From IMG/VR virus record IMGVR_UViG_3300033067_001585, positions 1 through 41,376 of that record: DNA of 41,376 nucleotides. The stretch is one strand, 5' to 3'. A program made the translations under genes and the position numbers. Source of the stretch: a virus. Its lineage: Duplodnaviria; Caudoviricetes. Shown here piece by piece: positions 1 to 10,123 of the stretch; positions within the stretch are counted from its first letter, which is position 1, and every line of letters starts with the position of its first letter. The notes beneath the pieces were generated by a model that was not told the DNA's origin, searched no databases, and saw only the letters and a list, made by a program, of their open reading frames with translations.

Positions 1-51
1 CTGACGCGCCGAGTGATTATCACCCCCAAAAATGGGATATATGCGCGGCGG

Positions 52-1089
52 CTACAACCAGACTGCCGCGCGACCTTTCCGATCTACCTCGGCGACGTCG
101 AGCAGGTCTTGTTCTTCATCGGTGGGGATGTGCCAGGCATCGGCGTCGGTGTTGGTTCCGCCGCTGGCCTCGTCGAATACGAGGGGGAAGTCGTCCGGGT
201 TGGATAGGATGTACTGCTGCCAGTACCGCGTGTGCCGGTCTGCCCAGGCTTGTTGGTTCAGGTGTGCAGCACCCGAAGCGGCAGCAGTAGGGCCGGTTCG
301 GTTGTATTGGTTCTGCTCGCCGAATTCCTCTACCACCACGATGCGCCCCGACTTGCTCTGCACCCAGTGCAGCGTCAGTGCTTCATCCAGTGCCCGGTGT
401 GCGATAGCCACGCGGATCCGCGTGCGTAGTACCTTCTCGGGCGCGCTTAGTGTGCCGCCCTCGTGCGCGGTGATGTATGCTTCCCAGAATGCAGCGGGCA
501 GCAGCGCCTGCACAGCGAACGACTCTACGCCCGCAATGATGGGGCGCAAGCAGTCGAATGTGTATCGGTCGCACTGTATGTGCATAGCCTTGCGGAAGTC
601 GGCTGCATAGTTGAGTAGGGGAGTGCGGTGCGCAGCGGCTTCCTCGGTACTTGCCCAGGTGGTATAGGTCGCTGCATTGTCGGACAAGAACTGCAAAAGC
701 GTTTCGATAGCGTCGTACCCCTTCTCCAGTGTGTACTCCATGTACTGTTTCTCCTGGTACCTGAATGCCGCCTTCTTATTGTCTGATTCATTGCGGTGGA
801 TACCTCCCTCGCTGAACTCGATACCGCCCACCTTTGCATACTCATGCAGGGTTAGCAGTGCCAACGGACGCCGCACAAACGGCAGTAGCGCCGTCTGTGC
901 GCTGCTCATGGTGTTCGCTGCATACGCGGCCACAAGCGCATCGTAAAAGGATTGCCCCAAGTATGGTACCAGGTGACGCCGCGCAGTGTCGGTGATGACC
1001 GGCGCGATGCTGGTTAGTTCAAGGGTCTGGCTGATCGCCCCGCCAACATGGGTCTTAATGTCGTTGAGCGTGCTGAACAGTTCCGCCAT
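52..1089 (-). CDS. Conserved Bacteroidota phage structural protein, probable head-tail connector (DUF6712-like)
   Basis: 345 aa ORF downstream of the portal with an internally duplicated helical unit; resembles the post-portal protein of Bacteroidota prophages (recall and synteny). Confidence 0.55.
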   Translation of the reverse strand: MAELFSTLNDIKTHVGGAISQTLELTSIAPVITDTARRHLVPYLGQSFYDALVAAYAANTMSSAQTALLPFVRRPLALLTLHEYAKVGGIEFSEGGIHRNESDNKKAAFRYQEKQYMEYTLEKGYDAIETLLQFLSDNAATYTTWASTEEAAAHRTPLLNYAADFRKAMHIQCDRYTFDCLRPIIAGVESFAVQALLPAAFWEAYITAHEGGTLSAPEKVLRTRIRVAIAHRALDEALTLHWVQSKSGRIVVVEEFGEQNQYNRTGPTAAASGAAHLNQQAWADRHTRYWQQYILSNPDDFPLVFDEASGGTNTDADAWHIPTDEEQDLLDVAEVDRKGRAAVWL

Positions 1090-1240
1090 ATTGCTTTTGT
1101 TTCCCTCCTCGGTATGGAGGGTGTGATTGTTTCAGGATGTGCTTCAGATCACGTTGTAGGTGATCGGCCCGGAGTTCTACCGACCGGATCGCCTGTTGTA
1201 GCGATCTGATCTTCTTTTGCAATTCTTCTATCGTGGTCAT
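1055..1240 (-). CDS. Small coiled-coil hypothetical protein
   Basis: 61 aa; start overlaps the upstream stop (ATGA); heptad pattern. Confidence 0.55.
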   Translation of the reverse strand: MTTIEELQKKIRSLQQAIRSVELRADHLQRDLKHILKQSHPPYRGGKQKQYGGTVQHAQRH

Positions 1241-1545
1241 GCGCTCATGTATCGTTTTATAGTGGCTGCGAGGTTTTGGTTTTCCTTGTCAAGCCGCTTG
1301 TTTTCCTCTATCAGAAAAAGCACCTGGGCTTTCAACTCTGCTTTCTCCTTTTCGATCTCTGCGATTTTATCGGACAGCTGGCTGATCTGCCTGGTAGCCC
1401 GATCTACGATCTCGCTCACCGCATTGAATTCCTCCTGCCGCAGCTTATTCCCCTCCCTGCGGTTGCGCAGGCGGAAGTTCAGCAGCCAGAACAAGCCCCC
1501 CCCGGCCATGAAAGGGCCGATGATTTGCATGATTATTTGTTCCAT
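1237..1545 (-). CDS. Membrane-anchored coiled-coil protein (possible lysis accessory or holin-like)
   Basis: N-terminal hydrophobic helix IIGPFMAGGGLFWLL, basic patch, then coiled coil. Confidence 0.55.
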   Translation of the reverse strand: MEQIIMQIIGPFMAGGGLFWLLNFRLRNRREGNKLRQEEFNAVSEIVDRATRQISQLSDKIAEIEKEKAELKAQVLFLIEENKRLDKENQNLAATIKRYMSA

Positions 1546-1572
1546 ATTTATTTTATGAGGGGGGTATGCGGA

Positions 1573-2967
1573 TTACTTATTTTGAGCCGGCACGACGGTC
1601 GTCGTAGCCGGGGATTTTACCAGTCCATCTTCTTTCTCGTTCGTGGTGGTGTGCATCGTGTGGTCCACCATGAAGGTCACGCCCCACTTGTTGTACTTGC
1701 TGATCCAGTTCATCGGCTCCAGTATGCGCCGCTGGTCCGGCGTGTTAAGCGTAACCAGCAGATTGTAACTCTCCCGCTTGTCGCTGCCGGACCCGGCGCC
1801 CATCTTGCCCGACTGGGGAGCCAACCCGATCTGCGAGGGGTCCATACCGAAGCCCTGCACGATCTGGCTATCTGCCGCGTACGAATCGGGAACCCACACG
1901 CCAGTTTTGGCCTTGTCATCCACCGCCACGATCTCTATTTTTCCGTATGCCTGGCCGGTTATCTCGTTTTCTTTGAACAGGTTGATGAGTGATTTCCCGG
2001 TGTTATCCACCCCGGATAGGTAGTCGTTGATATCCTTCACCTTCGCGTTGATGACCTCGGCCCGCTTGGTAGCGGTGTAGGTCGTCCAATCCGGGTGCCG
2101 GACAAGGAAATACGACTCCGGTATCAGAATGTGATACTTCAGCGCGATCTGGTTTTTCTGCATCGCAGATACGATGCGAGGTACCTGGCTGGATACATCC
2201 AGCCAGCCGTTCTCCTTGAAAAGCCCGATCCACCACGGGCGGGCGTAGTAGATGAGGCCAGGCGTCGGGAAACGCGTATGCCAGCCGATTTTTCTACCGG
2301 TAAGGCCCGCCATGAAGGCTTCGCGGTCGTACCACTTGTAGAGGGGGATTGCCACGCGGTTCAGGTCGGATTGTGCTGTTCCGAACGCAAAGTGCATCGA
2401 ATACACCAACCAATCTATTTGGTTTCGCGTATTCGCCTTGGCGAGGCGTGCGTGTTCGGCACTGATGTGATACAGTCCCGTGGCACGACGGCGGTCATTG
2501 CTCAATATGATTTCACTGAACGCATTGAACGGGAGCGAGTAGTCCGCGCATTGCGCCGGGAACCACTCCTCTTCGATGCGGTTTTCCGCGAGAAATTCTT
2601 CTACTTCCGGGATCAATACCCGCTCCACCTGTGCGCCCTTGGCAAGTTCTTCGGAGCGAAAGTACACCAGCCCGTTTCCTTCCAACATGGCGATTTTCTT
2701 CGCCATTACCGCTCCGGCAATCGGCACCGCAGCTACTTTCCGGCTCATTTCGGTGGGCAGCAGGTCATTATCCCCCCAATACGCCCACCGTACGCCGCCA
2801 TCCGTCCACGTGGGCACCGGTGGGGTAGTACGGTCCGCTTTTTGGGCCTTCGCGCCGCTTCCGCCGCTTATTTTCTGCCCTAACGTATAGAATTCATCGT
2901 GCGAAGCCAGCAGCGAGCCGCCCACGTCCACGACGTCAATAATTATCTTGTCATCTACTATGGACAT
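1573..2967 (-). CDS. Portal protein
   Basis: About 464 aa from the ATG at 2967; motifs WGDNDLLP, YYARPWW, G-DPSQIG and GSGSDKRE typical of Bacteroidota phage portals. Confidence 0.75.
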   Translation of the reverse strand: MSIVDDKIIIDVVDVGGSLLASHDEFYTLGQKISGGSGAKAQKADRTTPPVPTWTDGGVRWAYWGDNDLLPTEMSRKVAAVPIAGAVMAKKIAMLEGNGLVYFRSEELAKGAQVERVLIPEVEEFLAENRIEEEWFPAQCADYSLPFNAFSEIILSNDRRRATGLYHISAEHARLAKANTRNQIDWLVYSMHFAFGTAQSDLNRVAIPLYKWYDREAFMAGLTGRKIGWHTRFPTPGLIYYARPWWIGLFKENGWLDVSSQVPRIVSAMQKNQIALKYHILIPESYFLVRHPDWTTYTATKRAEVINAKVKDINDYLSGVDNTGKSLINLFKENEITGQAYGKIEIVAVDDKAKTGVWVPDSYAADSQIVQGFGMDPSQIGLAPQSGKMGAGSGSDKRESYNLLVTLNTPDQRRILEPMNWISKYNKWGVTFMVDHTMHTTTNEKEDGLVKSPATTTVVPAQNK

Positions 2968-3320
2968 GTCGTTTCTCCGTTGAATTCGATAATGAGCGGG
3001 GGGTGTATCTTCTTGATTGCTTCCGTCGGCAATCCCTGCTGATACAGCCGGATGTTGCGCGTGTACCACCCCTGGTGGTTTGGGTCGCGCTTATCCATGT
3101 CGTCCATGCCGGACAGTGACCGTTCCAGTGGGGTAGGGGGGCGCTCCGAGCGGCGCGGCTTGCTCCGATCATTGCCGCCATCGCCCCACACGAGCGAGGC
3201 TTCGGGGTATTCGATGATCTTGCCGCTCTTGTCCTTCCTGCGCCGGTCGTACGTCACCACCTTGAGGCTGAACACAGCCCCCGAGTGCATAACTTCCAGG
3301 CATTCGCGTATAGCAATCAT
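2958..3320 (-). CDS. Conserved hypothetical protein preceding the portal
   Basis: ATG at 3320 lies just downstream of a repeated promoter motif; C-terminal NH..TRN..HPPLIIEFNG motif. Confidence 0.65.
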   Translation of the reverse strand: MIAIRECLEVMHSGAVFSLKVVTYDRRRKDKSGKIIEYPEASLVWGDGGNDRSKPRRSERPPTPLERSLSGMDDMDKRDPNHQGWYTRNIRLYQQGLPTEAIKKIHPPLIIEFNGETTCP

Positions 3321-3325
3321 GCCGG

Positions 3326-3360
3326 CAAAAGTGCGCACACCACGCGCGCGCAAAAAGGAC
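3326..3360 (-). promoter_or_regulatory. Repeated phage promoter motif, copy 1
   Basis: GTCCTTT-N20-CACTTTTG on the minus strand, 5 nt before the ATG at 3320. Confidence 0.7.
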
Positions 3361-3430
3361 GCGCATGCGCACGCAGAAAACCCGGCAACCTTTGCGGCGC
3401 CGGGTCACAATCCATCAATCTTCCAATTCT

Positions 3431-4393
3431 CTAATTTTTCTTAAGCGCCCGCTCCTGTGCGCGGCGCTCATCTTCTTTCATGCTTAACCAGGTGAGGCCG
3501 TTACCGTATGCCTGATCGGCTATCGCTTCCAGGCCGACAGGCCCGCCGGCCATGGCCAGCAGTACGCCGCCCCAGCCATAGTTGGTGCCGCCTTCGTTGT
3601 CTCCGGCGCTGGCGAATACCTTCGGGTACTGCTCGATGATCTGTTGCCGGCACGATGCGAACCAGAACACGATGATCCGCCGCGTGAGTATCGGTATCGT
3701 TTCGACCTGTGCAGCGCGCGCGTCGAGCGTTTTTTCGTACTTGCGCAGCGGCATACGCCGGTCGCCGAACCACTCCGATTCGCGGTCTGCCTTCGTTTCC
3801 GGGCGGCTGGGTCGGTACAGCGCAGCTATCAGCTTATTTGCGAGCGCGTCGTCTTTCGTGGCGAGGTAGTTTTCGAACAGCGTGAATGTGAACGCCAGCT
3901 CATACAGCGTCACGTTTTCCAGCCCGTCATCAGGCGCATAAAGCCACGTGGTGTGCGGCTGTACTGCCTTCAATTGAGTCGGCGTAGTGTGCGTGAAATG
4001 CTTCCACGGGTTGCACGTCAGGTTCAGTTTGGGCGCGTAGGTCGTTTTCCCGTCGTCGTCCACTTCGATGTCGAAGAGGCCACCGATAGCCAGGTGCACC
4101 ACCTGCCGCAGTTCTTCCAGAAAAATCAGGTCGCCATGCTCCGGATCGTTGGCGAGGCAGTCGGCCTCCCATTGAGCGAGCGCGCCTGAGTCAAGTTTCA
4201 GCAGCGCCTGTGCCATGCTGATGATCTTCACCGTGGTGAACGCCGTATTCGTGTATGGCCCGCCGGGCTTGGTGAAAAGCGTGTGATAGAACAACATGAG
4301 CGTGCGCAGATCGAGGTCGTTCCAAGATTCCGGCGCTTGTAGTTCGCGCGTCATGTTGCCGATGTTGATTGCAATGTTTTTGATTTGACCCAT
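3431..4393 (-). CDS. Conserved phage protein, possibly tail-assembly chaperone-like
   Basis: 320 aa; PESWNDL and LYRP motifs; coupled to the upstream tail gene. Confidence 0.5.
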   Translation of the reverse strand: MGQIKNIAINIGNMTRELQAPESWNDLDLRTLMLFYHTLFTKPGGPYTNTAFTTVKIISMAQALLKLDSGALAQWEADCLANDPEHGDLIFLEELRQVVHLAIGGLFDIEVDDDGKTTYAPKLNLTCNPWKHFTHTTPTQLKAVQPHTTWLYAPDDGLENVTLYELAFTFTLFENYLATKDDALANKLIAALYRPSRPETKADRESEWFGDRRMPLRKYEKTLDARAAQVETIPILTRRIIVFWFASCRQQIIEQYPKVFASAGDNEGGTNYGWGGVLLAMAGGPVGLEAIADQAYGNGLTWLSMKEDERRAQERALKKN

Positions 4394-6213
4394 TATAGTT
4401 TCAGCATTTCGAGTTGAACGTTGTACAGGTCGCCGCTATCTACCGATGCGTCGAACTGTATATTTTTCACGATTGCCCGGGTTTCCCCGAGCTGGTGGTA
4501 AAACCGGATCACCGGCCGATCCCACCGAAGCATCCGCCGCACGGCCCCGATGGGCATTACGGCGCGCATTTCAAGCGGCTCCTTGTCTTGTAGTTCGGCC
4601 CAGCCTTTCCAGTACGTTTCGTACATGCCGGTTTCGCCTTCCCAGGCGAGCGTGAGCGCACCTATCGCCGTGTCGGCGATATCGGTATCATCGCTGCTGC
4701 TCATCTGGTATGGGTTTGCCTCATCATCATCCTGCTCGCCCCGGTCAAAAAATACCCGTGGCGCAGCATTGCTCGCAGCGTTACCGCTGGCCGGTCGGCC
4801 GGACAAGTCCTCGTACACGCACATTTTCCAGTAGTACAGGAATTTGTACCGCTTCGTTTCGGTCACGAGCGGCGCGAGTTCGGTTTCTACCCGCTTGCCG
4901 CCGCCACCAATCACGTAATTCGGCAGTCCTTCTTTCGCGTCGTTGTCGTCCGGCTGAAATGCCAGCGTGACGCCCGTTTCAGGGGTGCGCGTAACCTTGA
5001 AATCCGTCAGGATGTCATAGAACGGCTCCGTTACCCGCAGCTGATCCGTGCGCTTGCGCAGCCATAGCGTTTTGCCCTGTTGCTGCACGTACAGGTTGAA
5101 AAAACCGCACACGCGCTTCAGATAGTCCGCTGCGCTCCAGTCCGGCACACTGTTGCCGACCTTCCACTCGGTCACGAAAGCGTTCATCCACACTTCCTCG
5201 CCAGCCAGCGTAATCTGTTCCGGCTTGTCGAGCGTGTAGTTCGAAAAAAGCAGTGCCGCGCTGAAATCCGCATCCTCATACACATCGCCAGCCCATGCGA
5301 GGCCAAGCGTGTCGGCTATAGCCGTGAAAATATACTTCAGGCGGACATACGGCACGAATACCGCGTCCCACGATTTTTCCACGTCGGGCACGTTGAACAC
5401 GAAATTGCCATCGTGCCAAAAATTCACATACCCGTCGTAGGTCGGGTTCGCGTCGCCGTACAAGCCCTGGTGGTACACCGTGGGGAAGGCGAGCATATCG
5501 CCCGGCGTAGCGTATAGCGCTGCGATATAGTTGTGCAGGTTTTCCTGCCCGTTCAGGATCGCATTCAGCAGCGCCGCGTAGGCAGCGCCGGCCACGGTGG
5601 GCGCTTGGCCGGTATAGTTTTCCTCGATCAGAAAACCATGTATTTCGATGCCGAAAATCGTCGGCGTTTCGAATGTGTCGAACACCCATGTCGTCACGCC
5701 GCCCGAGTAGGTCGGGCCGGACATGAGCGATACCCCGGTGATGTCGTTCAGTTCGCCCGCCACATCGCCGGTCAGCGTGATCGTGATGGTGCCGCCGCTC
5801 CCGAAAACCGTCGGCGGCGCATACTCGGCCACCACGAAGCTATCGAGCGTCACCGTGGGCAGTATGTCCCGTATTTTCAGTTCCTGTAGCCGGTCCAGCA
5901 GTTCGCGGTCGCGGTTACCGAACACACATTCCAGCCTGGTAGCCGTAGCGCTCGATACGCGCAAGCGGCCCGGCTGAAACCCCGCTCCACCCAGCCACAT
6001 ATCTACGTCCACATCGGGGCTGCGGCGCGTAGCGTCCAGCCGGTTGGCGTGGCGCAGTAGCCGCAGGTTGCGCGGCGTGGCTGGTAGCGAAAACGGGAAC
6101 GAGAAAAACCGCGCCACCACGTCCGGGTCGAACGCGGGATTGCTCCCGGTTACGTCCAGGCTCGCGCCGTCGGGCAGGTCGAAATGTTCTTCAGATGTGC
6201 GCAGTGCGAGCAT
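4393..6213 (-). CDS. Tail tip / baseplate hub-like protein
   Basis: 606 aa; N-terminal NPAF..FSFPFSLPATPRN motif seen in siphophage tail proteins; position in tail block. Confidence 0.6.
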   Translation of the reverse strand: MLALRTSEEHFDLPDGASLDVTGSNPAFDPDVVARFFSFPFSLPATPRNLRLLRHANRLDATRRSPDVDVDMWLGGAGFQPGRLRVSSATATRLECVFGNRDRELLDRLQELKIRDILPTVTLDSFVVAEYAPPTVFGSGGTITITLTGDVAGELNDITGVSLMSGPTYSGGVTTWVFDTFETPTIFGIEIHGFLIEENYTGQAPTVAGAAYAALLNAILNGQENLHNYIAALYATPGDMLAFPTVYHQGLYGDANPTYDGYVNFWHDGNFVFNVPDVEKSWDAVFVPYVRLKYIFTAIADTLGLAWAGDVYEDADFSAALLFSNYTLDKPEQITLAGEEVWMNAFVTEWKVGNSVPDWSAADYLKRVCGFFNLYVQQQGKTLWLRKRTDQLRVTEPFYDILTDFKVTRTPETGVTLAFQPDDNDAKEGLPNYVIGGGGKRVETELAPLVTETKRYKFLYYWKMCVYEDLSGRPASGNAASNAAPRVFFDRGEQDDDEANPYQMSSSDDTDIADTAIGALTLAWEGETGMYETYWKGWAELQDKEPLEMRAVMPIGAVRRMLRWDRPVIRFYHQLGETRAIVKNIQFDASVDSGDLYNVQLEMLKL

Positions 6214-6728
6214 TATCCCCGGAAAAGCAAGGGTGAACTGTACAGGGTGTGGTAACCAAGCCCGAACGCTACGGCGCTAAGGCTCGCATCTACCAGGTAG
6301 TGCCACACGGGTTTCTTTTCGCCCAGCGTAATCGTAACGCCGGACAGGAACAATGTGCCCCGGTGCGCGGCGCCGAAAAGTGACTTCGCATCGGTGCTCC
6401 ACGCCAGCATGGTCGTAGAGCCGGGGAAGCGCGGTCCGTTGCGCGGATCCGCACCGGCATACTGGTTTCGCCACGATATCGAGGCGTCCCACCACTGCCG
6501 GTTCCAGCCGGCCGGGATCCGGTTCGGCGTGTGTACCACCGTCTCGTGGATGCCGTACAGCGCGCCGGATAGCAGCGCAAGCCCTACAGCCGGCACATTC
6601 GGCTCGTGTGTGGTGCGGGAGTGCGCCGCTGCCCCGGGTAGGCCCGTTTCGAGGACTACGCGGCGGCGGGTACAGGATTGGCCGAGGAGCAGGGCCAGTA
6701 TAAGCGCTAAAAGTGCGATTGCTTTCAT
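6213..6728 (-). CDS. Putative lipoprotein or membrane protein
   Basis: MKAIALLALILALLLGQSC signal ending in Cys, plus further hydrophobic segments. Confidence 0.55.
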   Translation of the reverse strand: MKAIALLALILALLLGQSCTRRRVVLETGLPGAAAHSRTTHEPNVPAVGLALLSGALYGIHETVVHTPNRIPAGWNRQWWDASISWRNQYAGADPRNGPRFPGSTTMLAWSTDAKSLFGAAHRGTLFLSGVTITLGEKKPVWHYLVDASLSAVAFGLGYHTLYSSPLLFRG

Positions 6729-6729
6729 C

Positions 6730-7728
6730 TTAGTAGTATTCTATGACGATGACGAGGCCTTGTGCGCCATTTCCGCCGGCGCCGCTGTTGCCGCCGTTAA
6801 GCGATGCTCCACCGCCGCCGCCAGCGCCGCCATAAAGCCCGCCGTTTCCACCATTTCCACCTGTTTGACCGGGGGTGTTTCCGCCGGCAGCGCCGCCAGC
6901 AGCAGATGTTCCAGCACCTTTTGTAAGAATTGCGGTACCCTTGAATTGCGATGCTAATTGCAGTGATACATTATCGCCACCATTAGCTCCATTTCCGCCA
7001 CTACTACTTGAATTGCCGCCGGGGCCTGATATTGCAGCGGAAAGTGCATCGGAAATAGTATAATTCCGTGATCCGCCCCCGCCGCTTCCTGTACTATTTG
7101 CTATGGGCTTCCCGCCGCCGCTTCCGGCGCCCTGCGTGGAAATCGTCCCTGAAAAGCCTGAACCTGCTTGTGTGGCGCCATTCGTCGCTCCACCGGCGCC
7201 GCCTCCACCACCTAATGTTGTTGTTAGAATGCTTCTGCCAGGAGTACAATTTGTTATTGCGGTAGCAACCCCCCCGTTTGTTATTGCGTTAAGCCCCCCA
7301 GTGCCGCCTCCAGAGCCGGGGACTATTGCGAACCGCCCAAAAGATGTAGTATCACCAGCATTACCATTCGCTCCATTCGTGTCATCCGTTGTCACAGCGG
7401 CGCCGCCTGACCCGCCGGCTCCAATTGTAACGGAAACAGTACTTGGCAAGCTGTCTTCTGTCATGAAAAGTCGCAAAAGCGTACCGGCGGCGCCGCCGCC
7501 GCCGCCATATCGCGCAGTGCCGGCCGCGCCGCGCCGCCCACTTCCACCCCCCCCCCCTGCACCTAAAACAATTATTTGTGCGGCGACTATGCCAGCCGGT
7601 TTTGTCCAGGTTGTTGATGAGGTGTACTCTCGTACAATATACCCCCCGCCACTCGCATCCACATGGTATATCTGCCCGAATACTAACGCGGGGCAGATCA
7701 ATAGAAGAAGTAAATGTATTAGTTTCAT
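6730..7728 (-). CDS. Glycine-rich tail-fibre-like protein with N-terminal signal peptide
   Basis: MKLIHLLLLLICPALVFG|Q; the TWTKPAG..VLGAGGGGGSG ... GAQGLVIVIEY glycine-rich domain is typical of phage fibres. Confidence 0.7.
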   Translation of the reverse strand: MKLIHLLLLLICPALVFGQIYHVDASGGGYIVREYTSSTTWTKPAGIVAAQIIVLGAGGGGGSGRRGAAGTARYGGGGGAAGTLLRLFMTEDSLPSTVSVTIGAGGSGGAAVTTDDTNGANGNAGDTTSFGRFAIVPGSGGGTGGLNAITNGGVATAITNCTPGRSILTTTLGGGGGAGGATNGATQAGSGFSGTISTQGAGSGGGKPIANSTGSGGGGSRNYTISDALSAAISGPGGNSSSSGGNGANGGDNVSLQLASQFKGTAILTKGAGTSAAGGAAGGNTPGQTGGNGGNGGLYGGAGGGGGASLNGGNSGAGGNGAQGLVIVIEYY

Positions 7729-7731
7729 GTG

Positions 7732-9036
7732 CTATCCTTTTGTAGCGACCCAGCCCGTCGTCGTGCCCATGTAGATGAACTCGACGTACCCACCGGCCAC
7801 GTTGATGATATAGTTTTGTTCTACCGAGTACAGCTTCTGGTTGGCTGTATCGAAATCTATTGTGATGTTGTTTGTAGCGGCCGTGGCCTCTGCATCCACC
7901 ACGGCAAAGCGGTCTCCGATGGCTGGGCTGCTTGGTGGCGTTACAGTCAGTGGCGCCGCACTACAGTCCACGAGGTTAATGCGTCGCATGGTGGCTGTGA
8001 AATTGCTCGCCTCTATCGTCTCGCTGCTGGCTGGCTGCGGTGCGGTAGTGGATACGGTAAGGTCGTTTGTGTTGTTCGTCACGGTGATGCCGACACCGGC
8101 TACGATTGTCTTGAATTCCAGATTAACTCCTGTTTTTTGCTTGTACCAGCCTGCGCCGGAGCCAACATTGCTGGCGGTATTGCTCTCTCCACTGCCACCA
8201 CCGCCAGCCCCTTGCCAGTCGGAGCCATCATAGTATTCCATATTGTTTACAGTAGTGTTGAGCCGCAGCGACCCCTCTACTGGTGTGGCCGGCCGCTGCG
8301 CTGTAGTCCCCGCCGGAATTTTTAGCGCGTTAGTCCCGTGCATATATAGCTGGTGGTCAGCGTTCACGGCCCCACCGATCCCCACATTCGTTCCGTTGAA
8401 TGTGAAGTTGGTGCTGCCCGTTACGGTTGTAGTACCGTTCCAATATGTCAGTTGCCCACTTGTACCGTTTCCGATTATGCCGGCAGTGTCCCACGTCAGT
8501 ACGCCACCGGTATTCCAGGTCAGTTGTTGCCCGTCTGTACCCGCAGCGGCTGGTAGCGTATAATAGATATCTGCGCTTTGCGCCTGCGCTCGAAACGATG
8601 TGAAATTAGCGCCAATCGGTTCCTCCATCCTTAATTCAACAGTATCATTGCCAACACCTGCCAGCAGCAATATCGGCGAATAGATAGAAACTAATGATGT
8701 GTCTAAGTTTATTTGGTGTGTATTATACTTAGATTGCCACGCTACCGCTCCATACTCGTCATCCACGATGAATGCGTTCGTAAAATTGCTGTAGCTAATG
8801 TCGAACGAACTGTTACTCGAAACTTTTGCGCTGGCTAAGGGGGCTATAGTCCCAGACCCGGAATATATTCCGTTGTTGTCCGTACCGCTATCCAAAAACG
8901 CACCAAGGCTGTCAAGCCTGCATAGCCACGTTACATCCCCCTTTTGCAGCTTCACGACCGTAGCCGTTGTGATGCTGGGCAACTGCGCAAACGCCGCCGC
9001 CGGGATAAAAAATAGAAGAAATAATAGTTTTCTCAT
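7732..9036 (-). CDS. Tail-fibre-like protein with signal peptide
   Basis: ATG at 9036 gives MRKLLFLLFFIPAAAFA|Q; fibre motifs YTLPAAAGTDGQQL, GTTAQRP and EYYDGSDW. Confidence 0.7.
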   Translation of the reverse strand: MRKLLFLLFFIPAAAFAQLPSITTATVVKLQKGDVTWLCRLDSLGAFLDSGTDNNGIYSGSGTIAPLASAKVSSNSSFDISYSNFTNAFIVDDEYGAVAWQSKYNTHQINLDTSLVSIYSPILLLAGVGNDTVELRMEEPIGANFTSFRAQAQSADIYYTLPAAAGTDGQQLTWNTGGVLTWDTAGIIGNGTSGQLTYWNGTTTVTGSTNFTFNGTNVGIGGAVNADHQLYMHGTNALKIPAGTTAQRPATPVEGSLRLNTTVNNMEYYDGSDWQGAGGGGSGESNTASNVGSGAGWYKQKTGVNLEFKTIVAGVGITVTNNTNDLTVSTTAPQPASSETIEASNFTATMRRINLVDCSAAPLTVTPPSSPAIGDRFAVVDAEATAATNNITIDFDTANQKLYSVEQNYIINVAGGYVEFIYMGTTTGWVATKG

Positions 9037-9043
9037 GTTCGTA

Positions 9044-10111
9044 TCACATTTGGGTGGAGTAGAACCAGGTACCCGTACTGCCGTTCCACTTGCACTTGCA
9101 GGTGGCGCCATTCCCCTGGCTATAGATTGTTTTCGTGGATGCGGTGTCGAAAAAAGTTTCCGATCCAGCCGGGTCTATCGTAACTCCGAAAGTATCAGAG
9201 CCGGTCTTCAGGAATTCGTATGTCCATCGGTTCGTGGTGGCATTGCAGGCCGGTAGCGTGATCGTGATTGCACCCGTAAGGGTGCCAATTTCAAGGAAAT
9301 TATCCGTGTGGTCTATAGTCGTATTAGCATTCTCTGTAGTCCAGCTGGATGCTTCTACCCCGTTGGCATTGAATGCCGCCGCCGATGCCGATGCCGTACT
9401 CGCAACCCCCGCGCTACCCGTCACCAGTGCGCTGAAAGTTTTCGCGCCGGCAAACGTCTGTGTGCTGGTGCTCACCGTGCCCCGGTTGCTCGCGTCGGCA
9501 TTTGGCAGGTTCAGCTCCAGGTTGGAGCCATTACGCGCGAAGGCGATTGCCGCCGCTGCAGTCGTGATCGTAGGCGACAGGTACACATTCGCAGTACCAT
9601 TGGAGGCCAGTACCGTGCCGTCACCGCCAACGGCCGTAACGCCGGTACCGCCGTTGCCGATGGGCAGCGTACCCGATACGTGTGTAGCAAGCCCTATTTT
9701 ACCCCAACTGGGGGCAGTAGAAACGCCGCCCGATATAAGCGCATTCCCCGTAGCAACGCCCGCAAGTTTCGAAAGCGCCGTGGCTCCGCTCGCAAACAAG
9801 ATATCGCCCGTGGTGTACGACGACTGCCCGGTACCGCCGTTGGCGGCTACGAGCGTGCCGGCCAGCGTGATCGTGCCGGTGGTGGTGACTGGTCCACCCG
9901 TGGTGCTTAGGCCCGTGGTGCCGCCCGATACATCCACGCTCGTCACAGTGCCGGATCCGGCATTCACGAAGGCTACGAGGGAGTCGAGGCGCTTGAGAAA
10001 GGTGTTGTTACCATCCTGAAACTTGATCTGGCTGGCGTTTGTCAGCGCCGGGATTTGTGCCATAGCGGCCATCGGCGCGAGCAAGGCGAGAAAAAGAAGT
10101 AGTTTTTTCAT
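9044..10111 (-). CDS. Tail-fibre-like protein with signal peptide
   Basis: MKKLLLFLALLAPMAAMA|Q; GTVTSV and L..ANGGTG fibre repeats; Cys-containing C-terminal domain. Confidence 0.72.
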   Translation of the reverse strand: MKKLLLFLALLAPMAAMAQIPALTNASQIKFQDGNNTFLKRLDSLVAFVNAGSGTVTSVDVSGGTTGLSTTGGPVTTTGTITLAGTLVAANGGTGQSSYTTGDILFASGATALSKLAGVATGNALISGGVSTAPSWGKIGLATHVSGTLPIGNGGTGVTAVGGDGTVLASNGTANVYLSPTITTAAAAIAFARNGSNLELNLPNADASNRGTVSTSTQTFAGAKTFSALVTGSAGVASTASASAAAFNANGVEASSWTTENANTTIDHTDNFLEIGTLTGAITITLPACNATTNRWTYEFLKTGSDTFGVTIDPAGSETFFDTASTKTIYSQGNGATCKCKWNGSTGTWFYSTQM

Positions 10112-10123
10112 GTCAGTAGATTG

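Noticed and set aside
1-51. Circular closure or terminal repeat with the right end
   Set aside because: No end overlap is visible, and joining the ends gives no start codon for the gene truncated at 41376
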